From Dipteris shenzhenensis (lineage: Eukaryota), in the NCBI GenBank assembly GCA_047967505.1, contig CM106538.1: a stretch of 64,000 nt of DNA, one strand, 5' to 3'. The notes under the pieces were generated by a model that ran no database searches, was not told where the DNA came from, and was given only the letters and a program-made list of their open reading frames with translations. This document shows positions 1 to 13,110 of the stretch, piece by piece. How positions within the stretch are numbered: position 1 is the first letter of the stretch; each line of letters begins with the position of its first letter. The position numbers and the translations under genes were made by a program.

Positions 1-855
1 AACTATCCATCCGCAGGTAGCTCCGTTCTTCTTCCGTTGGATGGTCCAACCTATTACAAAGCTGCGGAAGTGATGGTTTGCGGAGGGGCGCAGCTGGGCG
101 CGTTCAAGCAATCGAGTAAGCAGTTCCCATGTTCACAAACTTGTGGCAGAATGGTGGTGACTTCTGCAACAGCAAATTGGTCTATGGAGACAATGCCGTT
201 GCGCCGATGCATGGGAGACATGATCCTGCTCCCGTCGCGCGATGTTCTTATCATCAATGGTGCACAGAATGGATCTCAGGGCTGGGGCGAAGCAACGAAT
301 CCTGCTCTCAGTCCAGTGATATACCGCCCCGGCTTCACTTCTGCGACGCGATTCCTTGTCCAACCCGCCGGCACCATCCCTCGAATGTATCATTCCACTG
401 CCAACCTACTTCCCGACGGCCGAGTTCTGCTTGCAGGCAGCAATACACATCAATTCTACACTTTCACGGGTGACTTCCCCACCGAGCTCCGAGTCGAGTC
501 GTGGTCTCCACCGTATTTACAGCCAGCTAACACTCCGAGAAGACCAATTATCGTAGCTGCTCCAACTCAACTGACTTATGCTTTGGTTTTCACCGTTACC
601 TTTGCTTGCCAGCGGGCACCAGGTTCAGTTGAGATTAATTTGATAAGTGCACCTTACAGCACACATTCTTATTCGCAGGGGCAGCGCTTAGTGCGTATGA
701 AGGTTCTGTCACGGGTAGCACTAGGCAGCAATCTCTACACCGTCACCGTGGTTGCCCCCCCGAACGCCAATATAGCTCCTCCTGCCTACTATATGATGTT
801 TCCAGTGCAGTCGGGTATGCCTGGCAGCTCGATTTGGGTCCAAGTCACAGGTTGA
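1..855 (+). CDS. GLOX: Glyoxal oxidase / galactose oxidase-like aldehyde oxidase (copper radical oxidase), 5'-truncated by the window edge
   Basis: The frame is open from base 1 (NYPSAGSSVLLPL). It contains the plant GLOX motifs EVMVCGGA, RRCMGDMILLP, IINGAQNGSQGWG, IPRMYHSTANLLPDGRVLLAGSN, PTELRVE and STHSYSQGQR, plus a C-terminal Ig-like (DUF1929-type) end APPAYYMMF. No internal stops; ends at TGA 853-855. Confidence 0.95.
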   Translation, partial: NYPSAGSSVLLPLDGPTYYKAAEVMVCGGAQLGAFKQSSKQFPCSQTCGRMVVTSATANWSMETMPLRRCMGDMILLPSRDVLIINGAQNGSQGWGEATNPALSPVIYRPGFTSATRFLVQPAGTIPRMYHSTANLLPDGRVLLAGSNTHQFYTFTGDFPTELRVESWSPPYLQPANTPRRPIIVAAPTQLTYALVFTVTFACQRAPGSVEINLISAPYSTHSYSQGQRLVRMKVLSRVALGSNLYTVTVVAPPNANIAPPAYYMMFPVQSGMPGSSIWVQVTG

Positions 856-1570
856 TGACATTGTTCTCAATATAATTAATTAGGGTCTGCAATAGATCAT
901 TCTTTCAGATATCGCATCCTCATAAAACTCCAGATTCCTGCACGCGGGACTGGTTCTTCTGTGGGTATTGCTGAAGATGGCAAAAGACCTTGAGCAGTTC
1001 CCACGGACGAATTGTACGACTGAAAAAAGGGCAAGAGTTCCGAGCTTTAAGCTTTTCATCACGATGCTTTGTATTCGAAGTATGGAACATCTACCAAAAA
1101 TCAGAAGTGATTGTCACCCAATATGCATGCTTTGTATTCGGAGTATGTATTCGGGAACCCGCTCTTAGGCTGTTCTCCTCGCTGTTTTGTATTCGGAGTA
1201 AGGTTTCTGAGCAAGGTTCATTACCCAAGTTCGGAAGTAATCCTCTCATTTGCATCGCGTCTGTGTTTTCAGTCATGAGAGCTTGAATTCCAAGGGTGAA
1301 ATGACCCGCTAGAAGACAGTATAAACAGTCAGGACTGAGAAGTAAGAGCAGGTGCTGAACAAAGCTTGCTCAGAGCTTTTTTCACTTACCTCCAATGCCT
1401 CCAGGCCTCATGCCAGGCACTCACGGCACCTAGAACCACACCCAAGAAAGGCACCCAAACTACTGAGCGGCATCTCCGGTCGCCAGGGGGTGCCCCTTGC
1501 CACCCCCTAGAAAGGAGCTTCTTCTCCGGTGGTGCCTCTCCACAGAATTCGACGATCCTGGCTTTCGAGC

Positions 1571-1620
1571 GATATGCTGGTCCATGGGGACCTATGGGAT
1601 ATGCTGGTCCATGGGGACCT
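1571..1620 (+). repeat. 23-bp direct repeat, period 27
   Basis: GATATGCTGGTCCATGGGGACCT at 1571-1593 and 1598-1620. Confidence 0.9.
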
Positions 1621-2651
1621 GCTCTTAGGCACTTATATATTCAAAGACTGCTGTGATCCAGTCATTAATAGGAAGTACTCATTACTAGGAAATACGAATA
1701 CGGTTTGGTGTTGCACATGGGTAGCCTTAGCAAAGACGTGAATTTGGAAAGCTAAAAATCACTATTTTTTGAATTAAAAAATTCCTATATTTTGATTGGT
1801 TGATATGAATGAACTACCACGTCTTTATTGTTTGATGGATAACCCTCCACGTGGCGTTTCACAATGTTAAGTGATAGTTAGCTGGCAGATGGAATGCTAA
1901 TTGAGAGTTAGCTTAGTTAAATGGGTTGCTTCAATGTTGTATGGCCTTGGTCCATGCATTGCGGGATTTCTACTGCATAGATGGGTGGGCTCCGCCGACG
2001 GGAGGGCTCCACAACCCGAACGTGAATTTACTGCAGAGAAGGAGGGGTGGAGTCTTCGGCACTGGCGGTGTCATTTGATGGCGATGGTAGCGAGAATTTG
2101 TCTATTTTATTACATTCTTTGTGCAGTGTATCTGGGGAGGATTCGCCATCGCCAGTCTCCATGATGGGCTTATCAAAAAGTTCTCGTGAGCTTAGTTTCT
2201 CTCCTACCTATTTAATAAGTGGATGCTTAGAGAGTCTTCCTCAGTCTGTTGTCTGTCCAAGACCGCTTAGTTTTGTTTTGATGGCTGGTATTGAAGGAAG
2301 CAGCGACTACATGGACACTGATAGTGAAGCATTTGAGCGAGGTTCCACTAAAGCTAACTTTTCTTCCATTTCTTCTCTTCCTTCATTCTTTCTTTGATTT
2401 TAACTTCATGCTTTTCTTCCGTAGAGCTTTGTGTTTGCTGGTTCGGTGTAAGCATTATCTCTTCTAACTGTTTATCTTGTGCATGCAGGTCCTGTGAAGG
2501 TTTGCCCTGACATATGTCAATCACCTGCCACTCCTATAGCTACAAAGGTTGTTTTGGAGAACAAGGTTAGCATGGCTAATGAAAACATGGGAGACAACTC
2601 TAGAGAGAAAAGTATCGACCTACTCTTTCATTATAAACTAACTTTTAGTTT

Positions 2652-3266
2652 ATTCTGATTCGTTAATAGATTCTAAGTTCAAAGAGAATGGACGGCTTTC
2701 GTTTGTTTTTCTTTATAGCAAGAGGATTGTTACAAACAACAGTATTGACGTATCTCAGATCTCGTCATTTCTAACGAAGTTGTTTGGTATGCTGTGACTC
2801 TGAGTTTTGAAGAGATTCGACAGCTTTCCATTTTGCATGTCTTGCTAAATTTTTACAATTCATCTTGCCTACCCTACGTAATACTGCTTCGAGCATGGAG
2901 TCCATCCTAAGGAAGTCGTGAAGATCCATCTTGATTGATTTACTGCTTCAGTATTCATTCTGATTCGTTAATAGATTCTAAGTTCAAAGAGAATGGATGG
3001 CTTTCGTTTGTTTTTCTTTATAGCAAGAGGATTGCTACAAACAACAGTATTGACGTATCTCAGATCTCGTCATTTCTAACGAAGTTGTTTGGTATGCTGT
3101 GACTCTGAGTTTTGAAGAGATTCGACAGCTTTCCATTTTGCGTGTTTTGCTAAATTTTTACAATTCATCTTGCCTACCCTATGTAATACTACTTCGAGCA
3201 TGGAGTCCATCCTAAGGAAGTCGTGAAGATCCATCTTGATTGATTTACTGCTTCAGTATTCATTCT
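2652..3266 (+). repeat. 305-bp tandem duplication
   Basis: 2652-2956 and 2957-3261 are near-identical, with ATTCT microhomology at the junctions. Confidence 0.92.
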
Positions 3267-5110
3267 TTTGTAAAACATTGGCGACTAGGTAAAGCTATTG
3301 ACGTAGGTTCTTAACTTGTGCATAAGCCCATGTGTCTTTGGCGTACATGTTTCCTAGTCAAAGTTATAACTATTTGCTAAGCATATCGTAGCCTTTCAAA
3401 TGATTGGCAAGCAGATGCGATTGTGACTTTGCATCATGACCTTTAGTTGTAGATAGAGCATGTTTGTTTTGGCTTGCCGTTTTGAAAGCAAGACGAATTT
3501 GTTCTGGAGATGGACTTGAGACAGTTTAGATTTCACTATTTAGAATTCATTGTTTTCTATATTCGTAAACTTTGAAACAGCAGCTCACCTTCTTTACGAA
3601 CCCATGATATGTTTGAAAATGCGTTTTAATTATTAAAGCATGTCACGTAGGTGCGTCTGCCCATTTTGCATGTTCTTATATGGACAATAGGCCCTTCGCT
3701 CATAGTTTGTAGTCATCTCCAATTGCAATTGTGTCCCTAACAAGACTTCCAAAGGAAAATTTGCTCAAGAGTTCTGCTATAAAAAAGACTACTTCTAGGC
3801 GTTCCTTGAGAGGTTCGTTCTAGGAAGTCGCACAAGAGGCTTATACCCAAGGTAGTTACATTGCAATTTTTAAATTTATTTGATTTGTTGTTTTTTTGTT
3901 ATTTGTTTGATGTGTTTTCTATTAGTGAAGGAGCTCATAAAGAAAAATCCGGAGTATGTTGATTTTAGATGTAAAGTTAGCGCACGAGTGGTTCATTCAA
4001 GTGTTAAGGATCATGCCAAGCATGCAAAAATATGCACTTCCCCTACTGACAGTGGTGTGATTGACATCATTTATATAGAGTCGGATTGATAGAGTCACTT
4101 ATTGTTGTTTTTTATGTGATGGACTTGAGACTCAAGTAGAAGTTATTACTTTGATCTATTATAATATGGAATAATTTTGCAAATGTGCTTGTGTTATTAA
4201 TGAGTATATTGTTATCATGCTACAAAAAGTCATCTTGACTATATTATAGTTAGATGTTTTTTGGTTTTTATTGATCTAAAGCTGTTTTTTGCAAATTTCA
4301 TAATTCTTGTTTTAATGGTAAATAAAAAAATTTCATGACAATAAATTATATGAATTAAGACATAAAATACAAAAGCAAAACTCTCATTGTTTTATTTTTC
4401 TATTTGTAGCTAGCAAGCATGTCTCCAAACAAAATGATGATGAAGTGAATTCCTATAATGGACCTAATGACAATAACAATTCAAAACCACCACCCCATTA
4501 CCTTTTATCCAATGCTAAAGCTATTGTCCCTAGCAAAGAGAATTTTGTTGGTGGTGGAAATTCATTAGTCTCCTTGGCCATTACCCAACTATTCGAATGT
4601 GTACCTCATAGGTTTGTATTTGAAGGCAAGCTCCTTGCTAAGTATGGTACTTATAAAGTGCCAAATCCCAAATATGCTGGCTTTTTAAAGGCTGATTTGA
4701 TAGATAAGCTTTCACTACTACACATGGATCCTATTGCGATGCTTAAATACCGATATTTAGCATGCGTGGGGCGCTAATCGTCGGTATTGGAAGTGGGGTT
4801 CGCTAAGGATCGCTATATAGTGACTGTAGTCAAACGTCGCTATATAGCGACATTTGCTAAAGTCGCTATATGGCGACTTTTATTAGATTGGTAATAGTCG
4901 TTATATAGCGACACTGAGATAGTTTTTTATAGCAATGTTTTATAGATCAATTTTTTTTTCCATACAGACCTTAAAAGATAGTTTTTTCCAATGATAATTT
5001 TTTTTAAATTTTCATACATGCTTGATCTTTTGAGAGAATAAAAGTACGAGAGCATGTACATCAAGCCTTTGAAGCTCATACATTCATGTCCAAGTTTGAG
5101 ATGAAAAAAA

Positions 5111-8100
5111 TCAATAAAGAGCATTTACATCAACGGTTTCATCCTGAACCAAGTCTAACGCACCAAACAAGTCTATCTCTAACTCTATACCGAGTTGATC
5201 TCCTATATCATCATTGTACTCTAGCATCGTACATTCACCTAAGAGTACTTGATCATCTTCTTCAATAAAGTGTGGTGATTCTTGATGATCGTCATCTTCC
5301 ACAAGATCTGGCTCTTCTCCCCATTCACATGTCACTTGATTGGCTACAATTGGCTCTTTGTCTTACAAATCCCTTCAAAGTTTTCATAAATTGCTCGAGA
5401 AAAAAACATCCACCGACTATGAACGGTACCTGTAATGGCCACCTCATCAACTATGTGCACAAGCAAGTGCACTTTGAGTTGTCATAATGCTCAAGGGAAA
5501 GTGCTTCTCAAGCAAGAATATCGCTTTGATGGATTCCACCCTAGCCTTCTTGATGCTCGATATGGAGATCTCTTTTTGAGATATCCACCTATTTCACATG
5601 CTCATGTAAGATATATTCATAATCAATCTATAGATTATTCAGCTTAAATTGAAGAAAATGCAATCAATGCGATTTGATAGTAAGCATACCTCACAATACC
5701 ACTGATCTTGAATATAGCATTTCTAACATCTTCTTGTAAGCACCCTTTTATTGTAATTGGGAGGATGAACTATCAAAGAAACAAAGAAGTCATGTCAACA
5801 ATATAACATAATAATAATTATGCTTACGCATCGCGATTATCGGTACACTAATCCTACAGCTTAGAATACGTGTAAGACCTTGTGCCAATCATGGGACTTG
5901 AGCCCACTAAGCTTATTGTCCTTTGAAAATGCTCCTTTCAAGCAACGCATGTAGCTTGTGGGTGTTTGAAAAGAGGCAATATCTGCCTTGACCACTGCCT
6001 CCTCTCCCGTAGAGAGGATCCATGTTGCTTTCAGGAGGATAACTTTTCTCGAAGCATGCACTTGGGGCGACAAACGAGACATCCTATTCATAGCACGCAA
6101 GTCTTCTTGCACTCCTCTTGAGTCTTTGGAACCAACCAAGTGTACCCAAATAGTAGCCCCCACATTCTTAAAGATATGCATGGGATCCAAGAGATGATTG
6201 ATTTGTAACTAACCCTAATAAAGAATCTCGTGAAAGATCAATAGCCTCTTCATACTAGGAGGAAGTTCCTCTCCATTCATCCTCCAAGCCTGAATTCAGT
6301 CACTTGCCTTCAAATATGGTGGTGGTGGATCAAGCTGACCTCCACGCATGAGATGGTCCAGCGGAAGGTATCGAGCATGACCTTCATAAACATTTTTCCT
6401 CATATGTTTGGAATACCATGCAAGCGATCTCAAACCCGGTCCACAAATAGTAGGACAAGCATGGTACCCACTTGTAACAAGTCCTGCACGCATGCATGAA
6501 TGTATTAGTATAAGACATGCGTGCAAAAGAGAGTCATAAAAGCATAATTCTATATTATACATGTAAAGACACAACCACATACCTGTGCACTCTCCATATC
6601 TTAGGTAGTTATGCATGGTCCACATCAAGATACCCCTGACCAAAATATCATTGGTATGTCTAAGAGCTCTAGAAATATCAACTCCTCTCCATAAGATGTA
6701 TAACTCCTCTATCAAAGGTGCCATGTACACGTCCATTATTTTGGCCTTGTACTTCCCTGGCACAAGTAGAGCAAGCATGAGGTGTCCCTTCTTTATTGTT
6801 AGCCATGGTGGGATATTGTAATTCACCAAGACTATGGGCCATGTCGACCAAGATGTCGAGCGTAACTGGAAAGGTTTCACTCCATTCATGGCGAGCCCAA
6901 GATGTAAGTTGCGTGGCTCTCTCGCAAAGTCCGGCCACTGATTGTCTATGTGCTTCCAAGCTGCACAATCTACAGGAATCCTCAATGTGTCATCAGTGGA
7001 CCGATGAGATGCATGCCATGTCATCAACTCCACTATGGATTTGGATCAGAACATGTGCTGTATTCTTGCAATGATGGGAAAGTGTCTCAAGAACTTTATT
7101 GGTATCTGCTTACCCTACAAATCATCTCTATATCATTGTTCCCCACACTTCGGACAACTAGCCAAATCTCCATGCTCACGACGAAAGAGAATACAATCAT
7201 TACGGCAAGCATGGATGGTATCATAATCCATACCCACCATTGTTAGCATCTTCTTCACTTTATCTCTTGATGCGGGCATGGTATTTGGTGCAGGCAACAT
7301 CTTCTAGAGCAACCTATCACAATTCAAACATACATAGGCTTTGAATAATGATGATTCGGTACACTTATCCTATAGCTTAGAATCCTTGTAAGATATTGAG
7401 CAAGCTTAGAATCTTATAACCTAACATTGAGCAAACATTTACAGACTCCTGCATTCTTTGAATTAGAGCGACAAAAGTATATATCTCTTTGCTCAATAGT
7501 AGGTTATTGAAGCTTCATGTGGGAGAAAAGAGAGGAGGAAAGAGAGGGGAAAAGAGAGAAGAAAAAGGAGGAGAAAGAGGAGATAAGAGAGAAAAAGAGA
7601 GGAGATAAGAGAGAAAAAGAGAGAAAGTAAAAAGAGAAAAAGTGGGGATAAAAGAGAGAAAAAGTGGGGATACAAAGGCTTCGAATAATGATGATTCTCA
7701 AAACAAACAATATCCAAATAATGAGTCAAATTAATGCAGGAGCTAACCTCATTAAGGCCGAGACACTTGTATCCGACCACCCATACTTTGCTTGCAGATT
7801 CAAGATTGAGAGACAAGCCCATAGTTTAGACATCCTAGCACCCTTGTACAACTGTGTTGATTGTAACTCTCGCATTTTGACCTCAGACTCTGACATCACA
7901 TGTACATGTGATGTAGTGCCCCTAAAAATAGAATCCATCATGTCCACCATACCCTCATCATCATTTGGGAGAGTATAGTCTTGCTCAAAGTGTGAAGGTA
8001 TATGTGCACCCTCGTCACCCTTCTCATCCTATTTCAAGATTTCATGTAAATATAAGATCTTGTCTCAAGGTTTCATGTCATAATGGTATCCAATATTAAC

Positions 8101-8340
8101 CATGAACTCAAATAGCATTGACTTACCAATAATCCATCACCATGTGCAACACCAACGGTGGGTACTGCTTCGGGCTTCTCCCCATACATCCACAAGTGGC
8201 GCATGATAATACGACATTGATGTCATACTTCTCGTTTGCAATGAGTGCAATGACAATACAACCTCTCTGTAAGCCACTCTGTGCTCCGGGGCATTGGCGC
8301 ATCATCTGACGAGCTTCCACTCGTCCCTTGCATCTGCACA
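5111..8340 (-). pseudogene. CACTA TnpD-like transposase (Transposase_21-type), intron-containing and degraded
   Basis: Motifs AWKHID..WPDFAREPRNLHLGL, STWPIVLVNYNIPPW, MDVYMAPLIEEL, GYHACP, DPMHIFKNV and GLKSHDWH. Confidence 0.9.
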
Positions 8341-9199
8341 CTTCCAAAATCACAACATAAGCTGCAAGGAAATCTATTAAGATCCAAAAAATAGCCACCC
8401 ATGAGCTTCTTTTCTCTCTTCTAACAGTAAGTGCCCTCAACTGTCTCTATATAGCGACTTTTTGCTTTGTTTCGTCGCTATATAGCGACGTTTTGCCATG
8501 TTTCGGCATCGCTATATAGTGATGCTTTTTGGATATAAGCGTTGCTATATAGCGACGCTGGGGACTTAAACCCGAAACCTCGTGTGACGCTTTCTTTAGC
8601 ATCTCTATTGCAGGAAAAGCAAAAATCTCTCCTCCCACCTTATATTCGATGACCTCGCTTTCCTCGTCTCCATTCTCCACTCCACCACTACTCAGCCCCT
8701 CTCCTAACACGTGCTCCCTCTCCACCCTTCTCCCTCTTTGCTTGTGTGAAAAGAAGTTTTTCAAGAAGATGAGTCTCTTTAAGCAATGTAGGTTCGTTTT
8801 TTGTGAGATTTCATTTTGTGAGTGTTAAACATGTTTCTCCTTGTATTGCCAAGGCTATGTGCTAGTTTTCATACTTGATTCTCAAGGGTTAAAGACAAAA
8901 AACGAGATTTTGTGAAAGAAAGAAGACTCACCTCTTCTCTTTTTGGTATTTCTCTTTCTCCTCTTTCTCCTTGTTTTTAGGCTTATGCTTGTCTCCTTAA
9001 TCTAATCCCTTTGAGAAGTTGCTTCTCTAAGCTCCTCCTTTCTCTAACTAGTTATTTGAAAAATGGTATGTTTCTTCTCTTTTGTAGGGCCATCGAGCGG
9101 GACTATTCCAGGTAAGAAAGTCCTTCCTATTTTTTCCTTTTGTTATTTTTGTTATTTACATTGGCCTACAGCTAGCACCTTAAGCACTAGCTGCAGTGA

Positions 9200-11500
9200 T
9201 GGATGTAGGAACCCTCTCTTCCCCTCTCTTCCCCTCTCTTCCCCTATTCCCTTTTCTTTCCCTCTCTTCCTCTCTTCCTCTCTTCCTTTTCCCTCTTCTT
9301 TATCCCCTCTTTCAATCTTTTTTTTCCCTCTTTCTTCTTTCCTTCTCTTCCTTTTTTCCTCTTTCAATCTCTTTTCCCCTCTTCCTTCTCTTATGTTTAT
9401 GCTCTTTTTCCCTCTTTCATCCCCTCTTTCAATCTCTTTTCCTCTCTCTTTCCCCTCTAACTAGTTATTTGAAAAATGGTATGTTTCCTCTCTTTTGTAG
9501 GGCCAATCCACAAAACACCGACCTCTTTTTTCCTTTTGTTATTTTTATTATTTACATTGGCCTGCAGCTAGCGCCTTAAGTGCTAGCTACAGTGTGGGCA
9601 TAGGAGCCCTCTCTTCCCCTCTCTTGCCCTATTCCCTCTTCTTTCCCTCTCTTCCTCTCTTACTTTTCCCTCTTCTTTATCCCCTCTTTCAATCTCTTTT
9701 CCTCCTCTTCCTCCTTTCCTTCTCTTCTTTTTCCCCTCTTTCAATCTCTTTTCCCCTCTTCCTTCTCTTATGTTTATGCTATTTTTCCCTCTTTCATCCC
9801 CTCTTTCAATCTCTTTTTCTCTCTCTTTCCCCTCTCTCAATCTCTTTTCATAAGCATATGTATTTGCCTATGCTTAAGCTTTCTCTCTTTTTCTTTTATG
9901 CTCATATGCTCATGCATAAGAATAAGCATATCCTTTCTTTCCTTTTCTCTTATGCTTATGCTCTTTTTCCCTCTTCCTTCTCTTATGCTTATGCTTATGC
10001 ATGAGCATATGTCTCCTTCTCCTCTTTTCCTCTTTTCCTCTGTCTTTCTCCCCCTCTTTCCTCTCTTTCGATCTCTTTTCATAAGCATATGTATTTGCCT
10101 ATGCTTAAGCTTCCTCTCTTTTTCTTTTATGCTCATGTATAAGCATAAGCATATGCTTTCTTTCAGTATCTCTTATGCTTATGCTTTTTTTTCCCTCTTC
10201 CTTCTTTTATGCTAATGCTTATGCATGAGCATATGTCTCCTCCTCATTCCTCTCTCTTTCTCTCCCTCTTTCCCCTCTTTTGATCTCTTTCCATAAGCAT
10301 ATGTATTTGCCTATGCTTAAGCTTTCTCTCTTTTTCTTTTATGCTCATATGCTCATGCATAAGCATAAGCATAAGAATATGCTTTCTTTCCGTATCTCTT
10401 ATGCTTATGCTCTTTTTCCCTCTTCCTTCTCTTATGCTTATGCTTATGCATGAGCATATGTCTCCTTCTCATCTTTTCCTCTCTCTTTCTCCCCCTCTTT
10501 CCCCTCTTTTGATCTCTTTTCATAAGCATATGTATTTGCCTATGCTTAAGCTTTCTCTCTTTTTCTTTTATGCTCATATGCTCATGCATAAGCATAAGCA
10601 TATGCTTTCTTTCTGTATCTCTTATGCCTATGGTCTTTTTCCCTCTTCCTTCTCTTATGCTTATGCTTATGCATGAACATATGTCTCCTTCTCCTCTTTT
10701 CCTCTCTCTTTCTTTTCCTCTTTCCCCTCTTTCGATCTCTTTTCATGAGCATATGTATTTGCCTATGCTTAAGATTTATCTCTTTTTCTTTTATGTTCAT
10801 ATGCTCATGCATAAGCATAAGCATATGCTTTCTTTCTGTATCTCTAGACTCTTTTTCCCTCTTCCTTCTCTTATGCTTATGCTTATGCATGAGCATATGT
10901 CTCCTTCTCTTTCTCCTTCTCCTCTTTTTCTCTTTTCCTTTCTCTTTCTCCCTCCTTTCTCCCCCGCTTTCCCCTCTTTCGATCTCTTTTCATAAGCATA
11001 TGTATTTGCCTATGCTTAAGCTTTCTCTCTTTTTTTTTAATGCTCATATGCTCATGCTCAAGCATAAGCATATGCTTTCTTTCTATATCTCTTATGCTTA
11101 TGCACTTTTTTCCCTCTTCTTTCTCTTATGCTTATGATTATGCATGAGCATATGTCTCCTTCTATTATGCCTATGCATGTCCTTCTCCTTCTCCTTCTCC
11201 TTTCCTTCTTTTCTTTTTTCCTCACTTTTTCTCTTCTTTTCATAAGCATATGCCTATGCCTATGCATATCCTTCTCCTTTCTTTCTCTTCTTTTTTCCTC
11301 TCTTTTTTTCTTCTTTTCATAAGCATATGCCTATGCCTATGCATGTCCTTCTCCTTCTCCTTTCTTTCTCTTCTTTTTTCCTCTCTTTTTCTCTTCTTTT
11401 CATAAGCCTATACCTATGCCTATGCCTATGCCTATGCCTATGCTTATGCTTATGCTTATGCATGAGCATATGCTCATATGCTTATGCATAAGCATAAGCA
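9200..11500 (+). repeat. Pyrimidine-rich and (TATGCT/AGCATA)n degenerate tandem array inside CACTA copy 1
   Basis: Repeated blocks such as CATAAGCATATGTATTTGCCTATGCTTAAGCTTTCTC recur roughly every 0.2-0.25 kb. They produce the spurious low-complexity ORFs in this interval. Confidence 0.9.
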
Positions 11501-11639
11501 TATGCTTTCTCAATGTATTCTCTTATGCTTTGTCAATGTATTCTCATATGTTTTGTCAATGTATTCTTATATGCTTTGTCAATATATTTTCTTATTTTTT
11601 GTTTTTTATTTTCGTGTTTGTGCCTACGTTAGACATTGG

Positions 11640-13110
11640 ATCATGTCGCACATCCCACGAGTATGAAAACCTTTATAGGAGGAGACATCATGATCTCTAT
11701 TCTCTAGAGGACTTTGATTCCCCTCAGGTGACATCTCAGGGGCCTATCCCTGCGACTACCCCTAGCCCGACTCCTCTCGGACGCAGCACTACGACTACCC
11801 CTCGGGGAACTCCTTTGCTAGCAGCCCATGGCTTTGTCGGGAGTCCCGACGAGTTTGTGGCACAGATGACCAATGAGGAGGCAACGAGATTCTTCTCTTT
11901 GCTGTCCCAGAGGACCTCATCAATTCCCTCTCCTACACTCACGGCTGGATCTATTGCCCAACTGTCCCCTCATGCCCCTTCGACTGAGGGGTCATCACCT
12001 GGGCGTGCCCATCGTAAGGGAAGGAAGAGTAGGAGGGGTGGCTTATGTTGTGCTGACTCGAGAGATATAGACGAGTTAGCACACTCACATCTCTACAAGT
12101 CTCCACTTGGTTCCAAGACCTAGTACCAGTCAGGTCCCTTGCCCTCTCCTACTCCCACTGCTACTCCTCGCTCTGAAAGCTCTCGCACAAACACCACTCA
12201 CTCTGACTCTGCCACTACCATGAGTCCTCCTTACCCAGTCGAGGACCTGTTCTATCAAATCACAACTGCTGGAGAGATAATAGAAGATAGAAAGGGCAAA
12301 GAAGTGATAGCCACTAGGAGGCGCTTGATGAGACACCACTTTAAGAGCGGCATTGCTACTGATTGGCAGTATCAAGATGACCAAAAGAAGCAGGCAGTCA
12401 TCGATGAATTGAAAGCATAATACCTTAACCCCCCAAATTGGGAGTTCAATGAGAACTGCATGTGAGAGCACATGGGTTTGGTCTTGAAGCATCGTAGATC
12501 AACCTTGCGTACTTCCATCACAAAGGGGAGGGCTAAACCCAACTGGGCAAACAAAGCTGATTGGAAGTTTTTTAAGAAGTAGAGCAGGGACCATCCCGAA
12601 ATGTTCGAGGGTCAGAGGAGACCTGCAAGGAGACGACTGGACGCTGTAGATACTTCACATTTTGGTGCAGGCAGACGGTTGGCATTCGAGGCAACTGTGG
12701 TAAGTCTACTTCTTCTCATTTAATGTATTGTTCTATTTGTTTTACTACATATTACATGCACTTTATCTCACTCTCATAAATTGGGTCCACAGCAAGCTGT
12801 GATGGGTCGCCTTCCTATAAATGTAGAGACGCGCTGTGGTTTATTGAGCAGGAGGCAATGGGAGTGATGGTCGATTGGGCTGAGGTGGCTGCTTGCACAG
12901 TATAAGTCTACTCCTACTTGTAATCTCACTTTTTAAATTGTTTTATTCTTTAAGTTCCAATCTAATTTCCAACTAATATGGTTTCACATTAGAGTTAAAG
13001 CTCGAGTGTCCTATCATTGGAGGTGAGTGGTGACAAGGGCTAGGGATCAAGCGCAGCTCACGAGGGCCAAGGATCAGGCCAGCAAGACGAGGACGAGGAC
13101 GATTCGAATG
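11640..13110 (+). pseudogene. Second (TnpA-like accessory) ORF of CACTA copy 1
   Basis: A Ser/Pro-rich N-terminus is followed by GEIIEDRKGKEVIATRRRLMRHHFK...QAVIDELK. A homologous segment (GREIVDNKKGMQVITAMRWLMSHHFK) sits at the same position in CACTA copy 2. Confidence 0.6.

Noticed and set aside
1684-1725. ACTAG...GTGTTGCACATGGG resembling a minus-strand Helitron 3' end (hairpin plus CTAG)
   Set aside because: The hairpin stem pairs poorly (about half the positions), and the orientation is opposite to the Rep/Hel ORF. Not supportable without other copies.
9063-11500. Many ORFs rich in L/F/S or K/R/E/H/M
   Set aside because: These are translations of CT-rich and TATGCT tandem repeats, not real proteins.
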